The position numbers and the translations under genes were made by a program. From Acidobacteriota bacterium (GTDB taxonomy: Bacteria; Acidobacteriota; UBA4820; DSQY01), in NCBI GenBank assembly GCA_037443845.1, contig JBBINO010000002.1, forward strand, positions 26,468 through 90,439: 63,972 nt of DNA, in the 5' to 3' direction. The number at the start of each line of letters is the position of its first letter. Positions within the stretch are counted from its first letter, which is position 1. The notes under the pieces are model-generated. The model was not told the DNA's origin, did no database searches, and saw only the letters and a list, made by a program, of their open reading frames with translations. Below, piece after piece: positions 54,330-62,785 of the stretch.

Positions 54330-54857
54330 ATGTCGAAACCGAAGTCGGGAATTTCGGAGAGGCTTGGCGGAGCGAACGTGGGGATATCGAACACGATGCC
54401 GGCTCCGATTCCGCTCTTCCTGATGATGGCGGCCGCGCTTTTCGACAACGCCAGCCACACCGAGGCCATCGCCGCGCGGCTCGCCGATTTCGGGTACACC
54501 CAGCAGAAGCTTTCGGACGAGCGGTCGAAGATAGCGGAGATGTCCGCCGCCGTCGCGGCCCACGAGTCGGCTTCGGGGGCGGCCCAGCAGGCCACCTTCG
54601 AGCAGAACCGCGCGATGGAGGCGCTCGGCTCCTGGATGAGCACCTTCGTGAAGGTCGCGAAGGTGGCCCTCAGAGAAGAGCCCCAGCTTCTCGAAAGGCT
54701 CGGTATTCTCAAGCGCAACGGCAAGACTGCCGCGCAGCGCAAGGCGTCCTCCAGAACCGCCGCGACCCGCGCGGCCAAGGTTTACCGCGTCGGCATCTTG
54801 ATGACGGGCAAGCGTCCGAGCATACCCGAAATTATCCGCTGGATACGCCAAGCCTGA
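54330..54857 (+). CDS. hypothetical helical protein whose last 29 codons lie in the right 88-bp repeat (C-terminus identical to the ABC-2 permease)
   Basis: A GGAGAGGAGG RBS lies 9 nt before ATG 54330. The body is Ala/Glu/Gln-rich and helical ([28 protein letters not shown]...[26 protein letters not shown]). G+C matches the backbone. The tail [28 protein letters not shown] is identical to the permease tail. Confidence 0.5.
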   Translation: MSKPKSGISERLGGANVGISNTMPAPIPLFLMMAAALFDNASHTEAIAARLADFGYTQQKLSDERSKIAEMSAAVAAHESASGAAQQATFEQNRAMEALGSWMSTFVKVAKVALREEPQLLERLGILKRNGKTAAQRKASSRTAATRAAKVYRVGILMTGKRPSIPEIIRWIRQA

Positions 54858-54858
54858 G
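54771..54858 (+). repeat. right copy of perfect 88-bp direct repeat (putative attR; displaced original 3' end of the permease gene)
   Basis: It is identical to 50263-50350. Confidence 0.92.
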
Positions 54859-54864
54859 CCGGCC

Positions 54865-54895
54865 GAGCCCATCCCCTTCCCGGGATGGGCTCTTT
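54865..54895 (+). terminator. rho-independent terminator-like hairpin right after the right repeat
   Basis: GAGCCCATCC-CCTTCCCG-GGATGGGCTC is a 10-bp stem followed by TTTG. It starts 7 nt after the repeat ends. Confidence 0.6.
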
Positions 54896-55036
54896 GCCCC
54901 GCCCTGTTTGGGCGCCACCCGCTCCGATTGACAGCGGCCCGCCCCGAAGATATATTTCGATCATAGGGGTTTGTTCGCTCGCAGTTCTGCCGGTCTTGTT
55001 TTGCCTGCGCGGGAAGACATTCAGGGAGGTGCCGCA

Positions 55037-56404
55037 ATGAAGAGAGCAGTCTGGATAATCGTTGCCGTAGCCGTCGTCGCAGCACTGGCAATTCCTATCG
55101 TGAACCTCGTCAACGGCGGACCCAAGAACACGCCCATGGCCACGTGCGTTGACCCGAAGGGCGCTCCGGTGACGGCGCGCCTCGAAGCCAAGTGCGCCAA
55201 CTGCCACGCCGACGGAACGCCGCTGCCGTTTTGCGCCCACTGGCCCATAGCCAACTCTCTCGTCTCCGCGGACGTGAGCAGAGGGCTCAAGTGGGCCGAT
55301 CTGGGACGCGAGTTGAACAGGCAGGATCCTCCCACCGTCAGCGAAGCCACTCTGGCCAAGCTTGAAAGGGTGGTTTCCATGGGCACGATGCCCCCGGCGC
55401 GCTTCGTCGCGCTCCACTGGAGTTCCTCTCTCTCGGAGGCCGACAAGGCCGCCGTCCTGGGATGGATCCACGAAACAAGGCGCTCCATGGCGCAGGCCAG
55501 CTTGCCCGACTCTATGGCCACGCTGGCGGTCGCACCCATTCCCGCCCACGTCGAAGTTGACGCCGCAAAGGCGGCCCTCGGCGAGAAGCTTTACAACGAC
55601 CGGCGATTATCGGGAGACGACACCATAAGCTGCGCCTCCTGCCACGACCTTGCCAAGGGCGGAACCGACAATCTGCCGGTCAGCGACGGCATACGCGGCC
55701 AGAAGGGGGGAATCAACGCCCCAACGACGTTCAACGCCCTTTGGCAGTTCAAGGATTTCTGGGACGGACGCGCCGCGGACCTCAAGGAACAGGCCGGAGG
55801 GCCGCCGCTGAACCCCGTGGAGATGGGCGCAACTTGGGATGGAATCGTGGCGAAGCTCGATGCCGACAAGCCTTTCGCCGCGGAATTCAAAGCCTCCTAT
55901 CCGGAAGGTTTCAACTCGGACTCGATCACCGGCGCGATCGCGATTTACGAGAAGACGCTGTACACTCCGAACAGCAAGTTCGACCGCTATCTCGCCGGAC
56001 AGAAAGACGCCCTTTCGGCGAACGAGCAAAATGGATGGGCCAGGTTCCAGGAGCTTGGCTGCGCGACATGCCACGTGGGCAAGCTGCTCGGAGGCACCAG
56101 CTTTGAACTGATGGGCAGGGAGGGTGACTATTTCGCGGACCGCGGGCGGCCGACGGACGCCGATCTGGGCCGGTACAACCACACGAAGAATCCAGCCGAC
56201 AAACATTTCTTCAAAGTTCCCACTTTGCGCAACGTCGCCCTAACTTTTCCCTACTTCCACGACGCTTCGGCGCCGAACCTTGCAACGGCTGAGAAAACAA
56301 TGGCGCGCTACCAACTTGGCGTCAACCTGTCCGAGCGGGACACGGCGGACATAGAGGCTTTCCTTCGGAGCCTTACGGGAGAGTTTCAAGGCAAGCCGCT
56401 TTAA
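55037..56404 (+). CDS. cytochrome c peroxidase (CCP/MauG family) with extra N-terminal haem-binding domain (tri-haem)
   Basis: The N-terminal TM segment is followed by CANCHADG...MPPARFVALHW, a Haem_bd-type domain. The CCP core has CASCHD and CATCH motifs plus FKVPTLRNVALTFPYFHDAS. A GGGAGG RBS precedes ATG 55037. Confidence 0.9.
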   Translation: MKRAVWIIVAVAVVAALAIPIVNLVNGGPKNTPMATCVDPKGAPVTARLEAKCANCHADGTPLPFCAHWPIANSLVSADVSRGLKWADLGRELNRQDPPTVSEATLAKLERVVSMGTMPPARFVALHWSSSLSEADKAAVLGWIHETRRSMAQASLPDSMATLAVAPIPAHVEVDAAKAALGEKLYNDRRLSGDDTISCASCHDLAKGGTDNLPVSDGIRGQKGGINAPTTFNALWQFKDFWDGRAADLKEQAGGPPLNPVEMGATWDGIVAKLDADKPFAAEFKASYPEGFNSDSITGAIAIYEKTLYTPNSKFDRYLAGQKDALSANEQNGWARFQELGCATCHVGKLLGGTSFELMGREGDYFADRGRPTDADLGRYNHTKNPADKHFFKVPTLRNVALTFPYFHDASAPNLATAEKTMARYQLGVNLSERDTADIEAFLRSLTGEFQGKPL

Positions 56405-56415
56405 CGATTGTCGCG

Positions 56416-56892
56416 TCAGACGTTGCCAGCGCCGCCCTGGTCCTTCCGGGGCGGCGGTTCTTTTGGGAGGCTTTCGGGAACGGAAGGCGCCACCGGCGGC
56501 GGCTCCCCTTTCAGGACGGTCGTCTTTCCGCCCGTCTCCAGCGTGGCGGCTACCACTTGCCACGGTTTGTCCGGCAGCTTCTCGAGCGTGACAACCGCTT
56601 TCCCCTCACCCTTGTCGCCCTTCAATGAATAATGCAGCTCGGCCCTGCCGCTGCCGTTGTTGATGTTGACCGACCCCTGCGGAAAGAGGCCGAAGCTGCT
56701 TATCGTGCCCACTTGGGCCTGAACTTGCGGGTCGGCCTTGAGGAAGGCCTTGGCCGCGTCCTGCGCGCCGTTCTTCATCAGGAATCCGAACGGAGACATA
56801 ACCACCGCCACTATGCAGCACAGGCAGAGCAGTACCACGAGGACTATGCCGCCGATCACGCCGAGAAAAAACTTGTCGGTGCCTTTGTTCAT
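56416..56892 (-). CDS. Coa1-like (cytochrome oxidase assembly protein 1 family pattern) membrane-anchored protein
   Basis: A TM anchor is followed by AKAFLKADPQVQAQVGTISSFGLFPQGSVNINNGSGRAELHYSLKGDKGEGKAVVTLEKLPDKPWQVVAATLE. This matches the recurrent bacterial Coa1/DUF pattern that I remember. The C-terminal tail is Pro-rich. Confidence 0.5.
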   Translation of the reverse strand: MNKGTDKFFLGVIGGIVLVVLLCLCCIVAVVMSPFGFLMKNGAQDAAKAFLKADPQVQAQVGTISSFGLFPQGSVNINNGSGRAELHYSLKGDKGEGKAVVTLEKLPDKPWQVVAATLETGGKTTVLKGEPPPVAPSVPESLPKEPPPRKDQGGAGNV

Positions 56893-58511
56893 GCGCTCCC
56901 CTCCACCACCTCTTCCAGCCTCTTGCCGAAGGTACGGCAGAAGTGGAACGGGTCGTGCTGCGAGAATATATAGTGTTTGAGGTCCTCGCCGGACAGCTCC
57001 GCCTCGTTGTACGAACTGTAGAGCCCTTCCCCTAGCTGGAACCCGATCTGCTCGGAAAGGCCGTAAAGCGTTTCGACGTCCAGCTTAAGGTAGCGCTGCA
57101 TCTCCATCCCGGAAAGGCGGGAGCAGCCGCCGGCCTTGTCCATGTCGCTGAAAAAGTCGAGCGTGCCCTTCAGCACGCTGAGGTGCCGCTGCGCGTAGGC
57201 CCGCTCCTTGGCCGTGCGAAGGCGCCCGAAGTCCTCGACCGCGCGGCGCATCTGCTCGCGCGTGCGGTAGTGGCGCATCGGGTTTATGAGCTTGGACGCG
57301 ACAAACCCGCTGGCGAAATAGTGGAGCCGGCGGATGAACGCCTCCCCGCCTTTGCCCACGTCCAGATCAACCCCCATTAGGTAATGGGCCGCCTCCTGAA
57401 CGGTTCTGTTCACGTCGAGCATGGGAATATAGATTATGTTTCCCTGCTTGATGAAGAGCGCCCGCCCGTCCTCGATGATCTTCGCCTGCGTGCGGCCGGG
57501 CTCCTTTCTGAAATAGGGCCCGTTCAGAAATTCCAAATCCCTCATCGTGAAGACCTGGAAGTCGTCATCTCGCTTCAGCTTCAACGCGAAAAGGTCCTTG
57601 AGCACCCTGATGTACTCGCGGAGGCTTTCGGTCAAGTCCGGCGCGTCGTCGAGGTCGCCGCCTCCGGAGCGGTTGGGCTTGCAGTACCCTTGCATCGCGC
57701 AGAGCCCCTCGCCGCCGTGCTCAAGCCAGGAAAGGTTCGTCTGCACCTTGATCCACGGAGCAGTGTTGTTTACAAGGTACCTGTTTTCGTCAATGCGGAA
57801 CCAGCCGAACGGCTCCGCGCCGGCGCGCAGCCTCCGCATGATGACGGATTCGCTGTTTTGAAATAGGAGCACTGGATGGAAACCCCTCGCCTCGAGTTCC
57901 AGCGGCAGATGGCGCGGGCCGAGGTGGAGGTCGCCTGCCAGCGCGACGACCAGCGCCCCTGGGTTCTCGCTTTTGATCTCGGCGAGTCTTTTCGCCATGA
58001 AGACGTCCCGCGCTTTGAGCCCCCCGCTCGCGTTTATTCCATGGGCCTTGAGCTTGGCCGAACGGGCGAAGGAGAGTATGGGCTTGTAGTGGGAAAAGTC
58101 GAATCCCCAATGGGCGAAGAAGCCTATCTTTTCGAGGAAGGTCCCCTCGTCCTCGATCTCGCCGCTCAGGTATTCCGCCAGCGCGCCGTCGTGGGCGGCC
58201 TGGACCATCTCCAAGGCGAGGACAGGCCGGTGGCCGGCGTCGCAAAGCGCCCTTATGACTTCGAGGTACTGCCTCTGCGCCTGGTCAAGCGTGTGAAAGT
58301 CGGCGACGAGCGCCAGCCCGGCCGCGGCGGCGCTTTCGATGAATTCGTCGCGGCTGCATGGCTCGGGCTTGGCCCTTTCCAAAACGGAAGCGTAGGAACG
58401 GTAGTAGCGCCTCAAGTCACGGGGCTCTGGCCCCTCGATCTCGCGCACCTGCCTTTTGAGCCCCTTTAGGAGCTTTCTGAAGAAGGCGAACCCGGTCAGC
58501 TTGCGCGCCAT
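56889..58511 (-). CDS. ChaN/Tiki-superfamily (haem-binding uptake-like) domain protein with unknown ~270-aa C-terminal domain
   Basis: LALVADFHTLDQAQRQYLEVIRALCDAGHRPVLALEMVQAAHDGALAEYLSGEIEDEGTFLEKIGFFAHWGFDFSHYKPILSFARSAKLKAHGIN follows the ChaN pattern (GExH...EMf...W...Y.pl..fAr). It has no signal peptide. The start was set at ATG 58511. It overlaps the downstream gene as ATGA. Confidence 0.6.
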   Translation of the reverse strand: MARKLTGFAFFRKLLKGLKRQVREIEGPEPRDLRRYYRSYASVLERAKPEPCSRDEFIESAAAAGLALVADFHTLDQAQRQYLEVIRALCDAGHRPVLALEMVQAAHDGALAEYLSGEIEDEGTFLEKIGFFAHWGFDFSHYKPILSFARSAKLKAHGINASGGLKARDVFMAKRLAEIKSENPGALVVALAGDLHLGPRHLPLELEARGFHPVLLFQNSESVIMRRLRAGAEPFGWFRIDENRYLVNNTAPWIKVQTNLSWLEHGGEGLCAMQGYCKPNRSGGGDLDDAPDLTESLREYIRVLKDLFALKLKRDDDFQVFTMRDLEFLNGPYFRKEPGRTQAKIIEDGRALFIKQGNIIYIPMLDVNRTVQEAAHYLMGVDLDVGKGGEAFIRRLHYFASGFVASKLINPMRHYRTREQMRRAVEDFGRLRTAKERAYAQRHLSVLKGTLDFFSDMDKAGGCSRLSGMEMQRYLKLDVETLYGLSEQIGFQLGEGLYSSYNEAELSGEDLKHYIFSQHDPFHFCRTFGKRLEEVVEGSA

Positions 58512-58687
58512 GAGGACTCCCAAGGCCTGAATTATACTCCACCTTGAAAGCTCTCTTGGGACACCGTCGTACTTCAACGCTCGAAAACCGGCCTCCACCG
58601 AATATCATACCGCCGCGGGCGATTTTGGGAAAAGACTGGCTCCACGCGCTTTTCCTCTCGATGTGGTATCTTTGGCCCGGAGGGTGA

Positions 58688-59938
58688 ATGGCTCAAGAAC
58701 GCGTGGTCCTGGCCGCGGTGGCACTGCCGGGAGTTGGCTCCGCCCTTGTTGACGATTATCTTGGCGAGCTCGCGGAGCTGGTGGCCACCGCCGGAGGCGA
58801 AGTGGCCGAGCGCTTCGTGCAGCCCAGGGAGCGCCTCGACCCGGCGAGCTACATCGGCGCCGGCAAGGCGGCGGAGATATCGGCCTTCTGCCGCGAGAAC
58901 GACGTGCGCACCGTTGTTTTCGAAGGCGACCTGACGCCGGCCCAAGTCCGAAACCTCGAGAAGATATTCGAGCGAAAGGTCATGGACCGCACGGCCGTCA
59001 TCCTCGACATCTTCGCCCGCCGCGCCAGGAGCCGCGAGGCGAAGACGCAGGTGGCGCTCGCGCAGTACACCTACCTCCTGCCAAGGCTCACCCGGGCGTG
59101 GTCGCACCTTTCGCGCCAGGCGGGCGGCATAGGCACCAGAGGCGTCGGCGAGACCCAGCTCGAAACGGACCGGCGCGTCATAAGAAGGAAGATATCCCAA
59201 CTCGGCAAGACGCTCGCCGAGATTTCAGCCCACCGGGAGGTGCAGAGGCGCAGGAGGCGCGAGACCTTTGAAGTGGCGCTCGTCGGGTACACCAACGTGG
59301 GGAAATCGCTCCTCCTGAACAGGCTCGCCTCGGCGAGCGCCCGCGTCGAGGACAAGCTCTTCGCCACGCTGGACACCACCTACAGGCGGCTTCCCCTCGA
59401 ATCCGCCGGACGTCAGGCTCTGGTAATTGACACCGTTGGCTTCATCAGAAACCTTCCGCACCACCTCGTCGCCTCGTTTCGCTCCACGCTGGAGCAGGCC
59501 AGAGAGGCGGACCTGCTCCTGCACGTCGTGAACGTCAGCCATCCCCTCTTCGAGGAACAGGCCGCGGCGTCCAGAAAGGTCCTCTGCGAGCTTGGCCTCG
59601 ACTCGGCCCCCGCGATAACGGTGCTCAACCAGATCGACCGCGCGCCTCAGGGGCTTATTGAAAGAGGACGAGGCCTATACCCGGAGGGCCTCTTCGTTTC
59701 GGCGATGACCGGCCAGGGGCTTCCCGCGTTGAAGGAGGCCATCGCCTCCCGCATCCGCCAGTCCTCCGATGGCACGAAGCTTTTCATTCCCTACTCCAAC
59801 TGGCCCGATTTTCTCTCCATTCGCCCGGCGGTGCGCATCATGCACGAGTCGTACGGAGACGAAGGGGTTGAAGTGGTCATACGGGCCCCGGAGGGGATTA
59901 TCGCCCAGGCTCGCGCCATGGCGGCCGGCAAGCCTTGA
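58688..59938 (+). CDS. hflX: GTPase HflX
   Basis: The N-terminal HflX domain contains IFARRARSREAKTQVALAQYTYLLPRL and GETQLETDRR. The G domain contains VALVGYTNVGKS, DTVGF and LNQID. Confidence 0.93.
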   Translation: MAQERVVLAAVALPGVGSALVDDYLGELAELVATAGGEVAERFVQPRERLDPASYIGAGKAAEISAFCRENDVRTVVFEGDLTPAQVRNLEKIFERKVMDRTAVILDIFARRARSREAKTQVALAQYTYLLPRLTRAWSHLSRQAGGIGTRGVGETQLETDRRVIRRKISQLGKTLAEISAHREVQRRRRRETFEVALVGYTNVGKSLLLNRLASASARVEDKLFATLDTTYRRLPLESAGRQALVIDTVGFIRNLPHHLVASFRSTLEQAREADLLLHVVNVSHPLFEEQAAASRKVLCELGLDSAPAITVLNQIDRAPQGLIERGRGLYPEGLFVSAMTGQGLPALKEAIASRIRQSSDGTKLFIPYSNWPDFLSIRPAVRIMHESYGDEGVEVVIRAPEGIIAQARAMAAGKP

Positions 59939-60053
59939 TTTTTCGCGCGCTTGGCGTGAAAATGGCTCACTTGAGAAGCCGTGCCCGGCGCCTGGCCGTC
60001 AGCCCGATGGCGGTGCCATGCACCTTAAATCCGCCGCTAGAGGGGAGTCCGAC

Positions 60054-61586
60054 ATGACGGTTCAGATTGACGGGGAAAATCTTAAGATCGAAGAAGTGGT
60101 ACGCGTAGCCAGGCACGGGGAGAAAATCGAACTGGCGCCACGCGCCATCGAAAAGATCAAGCGGTGCCGGGCCATGCTCGAAAAGAAGATCGGCGCCCAC
60201 GAGATCATGTACGGCGTCAACACCGGCATCGGCGAATTCTCCGAAGTGGTCCTGACCGACGAGCAGGTAAAGCAGTTCCAGCGCTACCTCATATACAACC
60301 ATGCCGCCGGGATAGGCGATCCCGCCCCAATCGAGCACGTCCGCGCCGCGATGACGAGCAGGATCAACGTCCACGCCAAGGGCTTTTCCGGCTGCCGCCC
60401 GGAAATACCCCTTACCTACGCGGCGATGCTGAACGCCGGCATCACGCCCGTCGTCTGCGAGAAGGGCTCCGTCGGCGCGTGCGGCGACCTTGCCCCCATG
60501 AGCCAATGCGCGCTCTCGCTTATGGGCGAGGGCGAGTGCTTTTACGAAGGCCGGAGGATGGCCACGCGCGAGGCGATGGAAAAAGCGGGCGTTCCCATAC
60601 CGGGCCTGATGGCCAGGGACGGACTCGCCGCGATAAACGGCTCGAACCTCATCACCGGCATGGCCTGCCTCGAACTATACGACGCCGAGCGCTGGACAGC
60701 CCAGGCCGAGATAGCGTGCGCCATGAGCCTCGAAGCGCTCCTCGCGAACATGCGTCCTTACGAACCACGAATACACGAGCTGCGCGGATTCAAGGGAGCG
60801 ATGACCTCGGCCACCAACATCAGAAAGGTCACGGCGGGCTCCGACCTCGTCACCGGAAAGCTCAAGGTCAAGGTTCAGGACGCCTACTCCATGCGCGCCA
60901 CGCCCCAGGTCATAGGCACCCTGAGGGACCAGTTGGCCCACGCGAGAAAGCAGATCGAGACGGAGCTCAACGGCGTCGCCGACAATCCGATTTTCGCCCC
61001 CGACGAGGACAAGGTCTACACCGGAGCGAACTTTCAGGGAACGCCGGTAAGCCTTCCCCTCGACGTAGTGGGAGCGGCGGTCACGATGGTCAGCGTTCTT
61101 TCGGAGCGCCGCCTCAACCGCCTCCTCAACCCCGCGTTGAGCGTCGGCCTGCCCGCCTTTTTGACGAAGGGCGCGGGGATGTTCTCCGGCCACATGCTGA
61201 GCCAGTACACGGCGGACATGCTCGTAGTCGAGCAGAGGATTCTCTCCGCGCCGAGCTACGTGCAATCCATCCCCGCCGCCGCCGACCAGGAGGATTTCGT
61301 CTCGATGGGCATGAACGGAGCCCTGAAGACCAGACAGATTCTCGACAACGCCAGCGGCGTGCTGGCCATAGAGATGATCGCCGCCGCGCAGGGGCTGGAC
61401 TTCCGTGACTTCAGCTTCGGCGCGGGCACGAAGGCGGCCCACCAAGCCGTCCGTAAGGTCGTCGCCCACCTCGAGACCGACAGGCCGCTTTTCAAGGACC
61501 ACAACGCCATGAAGGCTGCTGTCTCCGCCTGCTCGGTGCTGGAGGCGGTCCAGGCTGAAATAGGCCCGCTGGCCACCTCGTGGTGA
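60054..61586 (+). CDS. histidine/aromatic amino-acid ammonia-lyase family enzyme with Ala-Cys-Gly in place of the Ala-Ser-Gly MIO triad
   Basis: YGVNTGIGEF, NHAAGIG, GSVGACGDLAPM, QDAYSMRATPQV, NPIF, GANFQGTP and DQEDFVSMG are all HAL/PAL-family blocks. The start was set at ATG 60054 after AGGGGAG. The longer track ORF merely extends into the hflX 3' region. Confidence 0.9.
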   Translation: MTVQIDGENLKIEEVVRVARHGEKIELAPRAIEKIKRCRAMLEKKIGAHEIMYGVNTGIGEFSEVVLTDEQVKQFQRYLIYNHAAGIGDPAPIEHVRAAMTSRINVHAKGFSGCRPEIPLTYAAMLNAGITPVVCEKGSVGACGDLAPMSQCALSLMGEGECFYEGRRMATREAMEKAGVPIPGLMARDGLAAINGSNLITGMACLELYDAERWTAQAEIACAMSLEALLANMRPYEPRIHELRGFKGAMTSATNIRKVTAGSDLVTGKLKVKVQDAYSMRATPQVIGTLRDQLAHARKQIETELNGVADNPIFAPDEDKVYTGANFQGTPVSLPLDVVGAAVTMVSVLSERRLNRLLNPALSVGLPAFLTKGAGMFSGHMLSQYTADMLVVEQRILSAPSYVQSIPAAADQEDFVSMGMNGALKTRQILDNASGVLAIEMIAAAQGLDFRDFSFGAGTKAAHQAVRKVVAHLETDRPLFKDHNAMKAAVSACSVLEAVQAEIGPLATSW

Positions 61587-61587
61587 A

Positions 61588-62727
61588 ATGATGCGGGGCT
61601 TCTCGCTTCTGCTTCTTCTCGTCTTCTTCGCGGGGCTGCGCTTCGGCGCCGAGACATCCGCTCCCCCAACGCTGGAGGAGGTCCGCAAGCAGATGGGCAT
61701 CCCCTCCTCCGGAAGCGAGCGCGGCCAGGTGGATGCCGTGGGCTTCGCCTCCAACAAGGCTCAGATGGAGGCCGTCTTCAAGGCGGCCGAGGTGCCGCCC
61801 CTTCCCAAGTTATGCGCTAGCCTTGCGCCAAGCGCCGGGATCGGCGAGGCCGTGGCGGGCGTGATCTGCCCGCACGACGACTACGTTTACGCAGGACGCG
61901 TCTACAGGATCGTCACGCCGCGCGTCACCGCCCCGCTCGTAATAATCGCCGGGGTATTTCACCACTACCGCCAGTTCGCCTGCACGAACCGTCTGGTCTT
62001 CGAGGATTACACTACCTGGAGAAGCCCCGACGGCCCCATCACCGTGTCGCCTCTTAGAAACGCTCTGCTGGAGAAATTGCCTCCCGCCGATTACACCGTC
62101 AGCGACGCGATGCACGACTCGGAGCATTCCGTCGAGGCGATCGCCTACTGGATCAAGCACCAAAACCCGAAGGCCGAAATCCTCCCCTTCCTGGTCCCCG
62201 AGATGGGCCCGGCGAGAATCAACGAGGTCGCGGGCGAGATGAGCCGCGCTTTCTCCGCCATCGCCGCCGCAAAGGGACTCGTGCTCGGAAAGGATTACCA
62301 GGTGGTGATTTCGGCGGACGCCGTCCATTACGGCTCCGATTTCGACTACACGCCTTTCGGGGAGGGCGGCGCCGAAGCGTATACGAAGGCCGTCGCGCAG
62401 GACCTTGCGATCATGCAAGGGCCGCTCAAGGGAACCTTGAAGCCGGAGGCCGTCTTCGCGGCCATGAACGACCCCGAGAAACCGGAGCGCCGCCGCGTCA
62501 CCTGGTGCGGAAGATTCTCCATTCCCTTCGGCCTCGCCTTTCTGCAACAGTTGGCCCAACGGTCCGGCGCGAACCTCGAAGCGATCCCGGTTGCTTACTC
62601 CACGTCAGTCGGCTGGCCCGAGCTGAAGCCCGGCAGCGGCGGCCCCGGCCGCACCGCCCCCTCGAACCTATACCACTTCGTCGGCTACCCCGGCGTCGTC
62701 ATCACGATGACACAAGGCCATCCCTGA
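61588..62727 (+). CDS. secreted Memo/AmmeMemoRadiSam-B-like (LigB-superfamily) protein
   Basis: The signal peptide is FSLLLLLVFFAGLRFGA. ICPHDDYVYAG, VIIAGVFHHY, DSEHSVEAIAYW and VISADAVHYG parallel the Memo motifs PHAGYxYSG / GPxH / EHSxE / DxSH. It starts 1 nt after the lyase stop. Confidence 0.65.
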   Translation: MMRGFSLLLLLVFFAGLRFGAETSAPPTLEEVRKQMGIPSSGSERGQVDAVGFASNKAQMEAVFKAAEVPPLPKLCASLAPSAGIGEAVAGVICPHDDYVYAGRVYRIVTPRVTAPLVIIAGVFHHYRQFACTNRLVFEDYTTWRSPDGPITVSPLRNALLEKLPPADYTVSDAMHDSEHSVEAIAYWIKHQNPKAEILPFLVPEMGPARINEVAGEMSRAFSAIAAAKGLVLGKDYQVVISADAVHYGSDFDYTPFGEGGAEAYTKAVAQDLAIMQGPLKGTLKPEAVFAAMNDPEKPERRRVTWCGRFSIPFGLAFLQQLAQRSGANLEAIPVAYSTSVGWPELKPGSGGPGRTAPSNLYHFVGYPGVVITMTQGHP

Positions 62728-62785
62728 CCTTCGCCCCGCCGCCGCCTCGAAAAGCTTTTTCACCAGGAAGCATGGATGGAAAGGA

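Larger units (their letters stand above)
50263..54858 (+). mobile_element. putative integrated genomic islet (~4.4 kb unique DNA) bounded by 88-bp direct repeats at the 3' end of the ABC-2 permease gene; no recombinase gene recognisable
   Basis: The region is bounded by direct repeats. G+C drops in the cargo: lines 50941, 51301 and 52201 count 48%, 47% and 50%, against 62% for line 49981 in the permease. The terminator-like hairpin expected after the permease follows the right repeat, not the left one. Six-frame inspection found no integrase or transposase motifs. Confidence 0.55.

Noticed and set aside
53887-54423. Heptad-repeat proteins encoded by the 21-bp array: the plus-strand ORF of 178 aa (repeat xxxxxVG) and the minus-strand ORF 53913..54188 (repeat PTxxxxI).
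   Set aside because: The core motif flips orientation in the middle of the array, so neither frame keeps a consistent repeat across it. Neither ORF has an RBS. A DNA-level repeat explains both halves. I kept this open as an alternative in the finding.
54059-54778. A 239-aa minus-strand ORF spanning the array and the helical ORF.
   Set aside because: It is antisense to a plus-strand ORF that has a good RBS. Its composition is Ser/Ala/Leu-rich shadow sequence. It crosses the compositional boundary of the repeat array without any domain logic.
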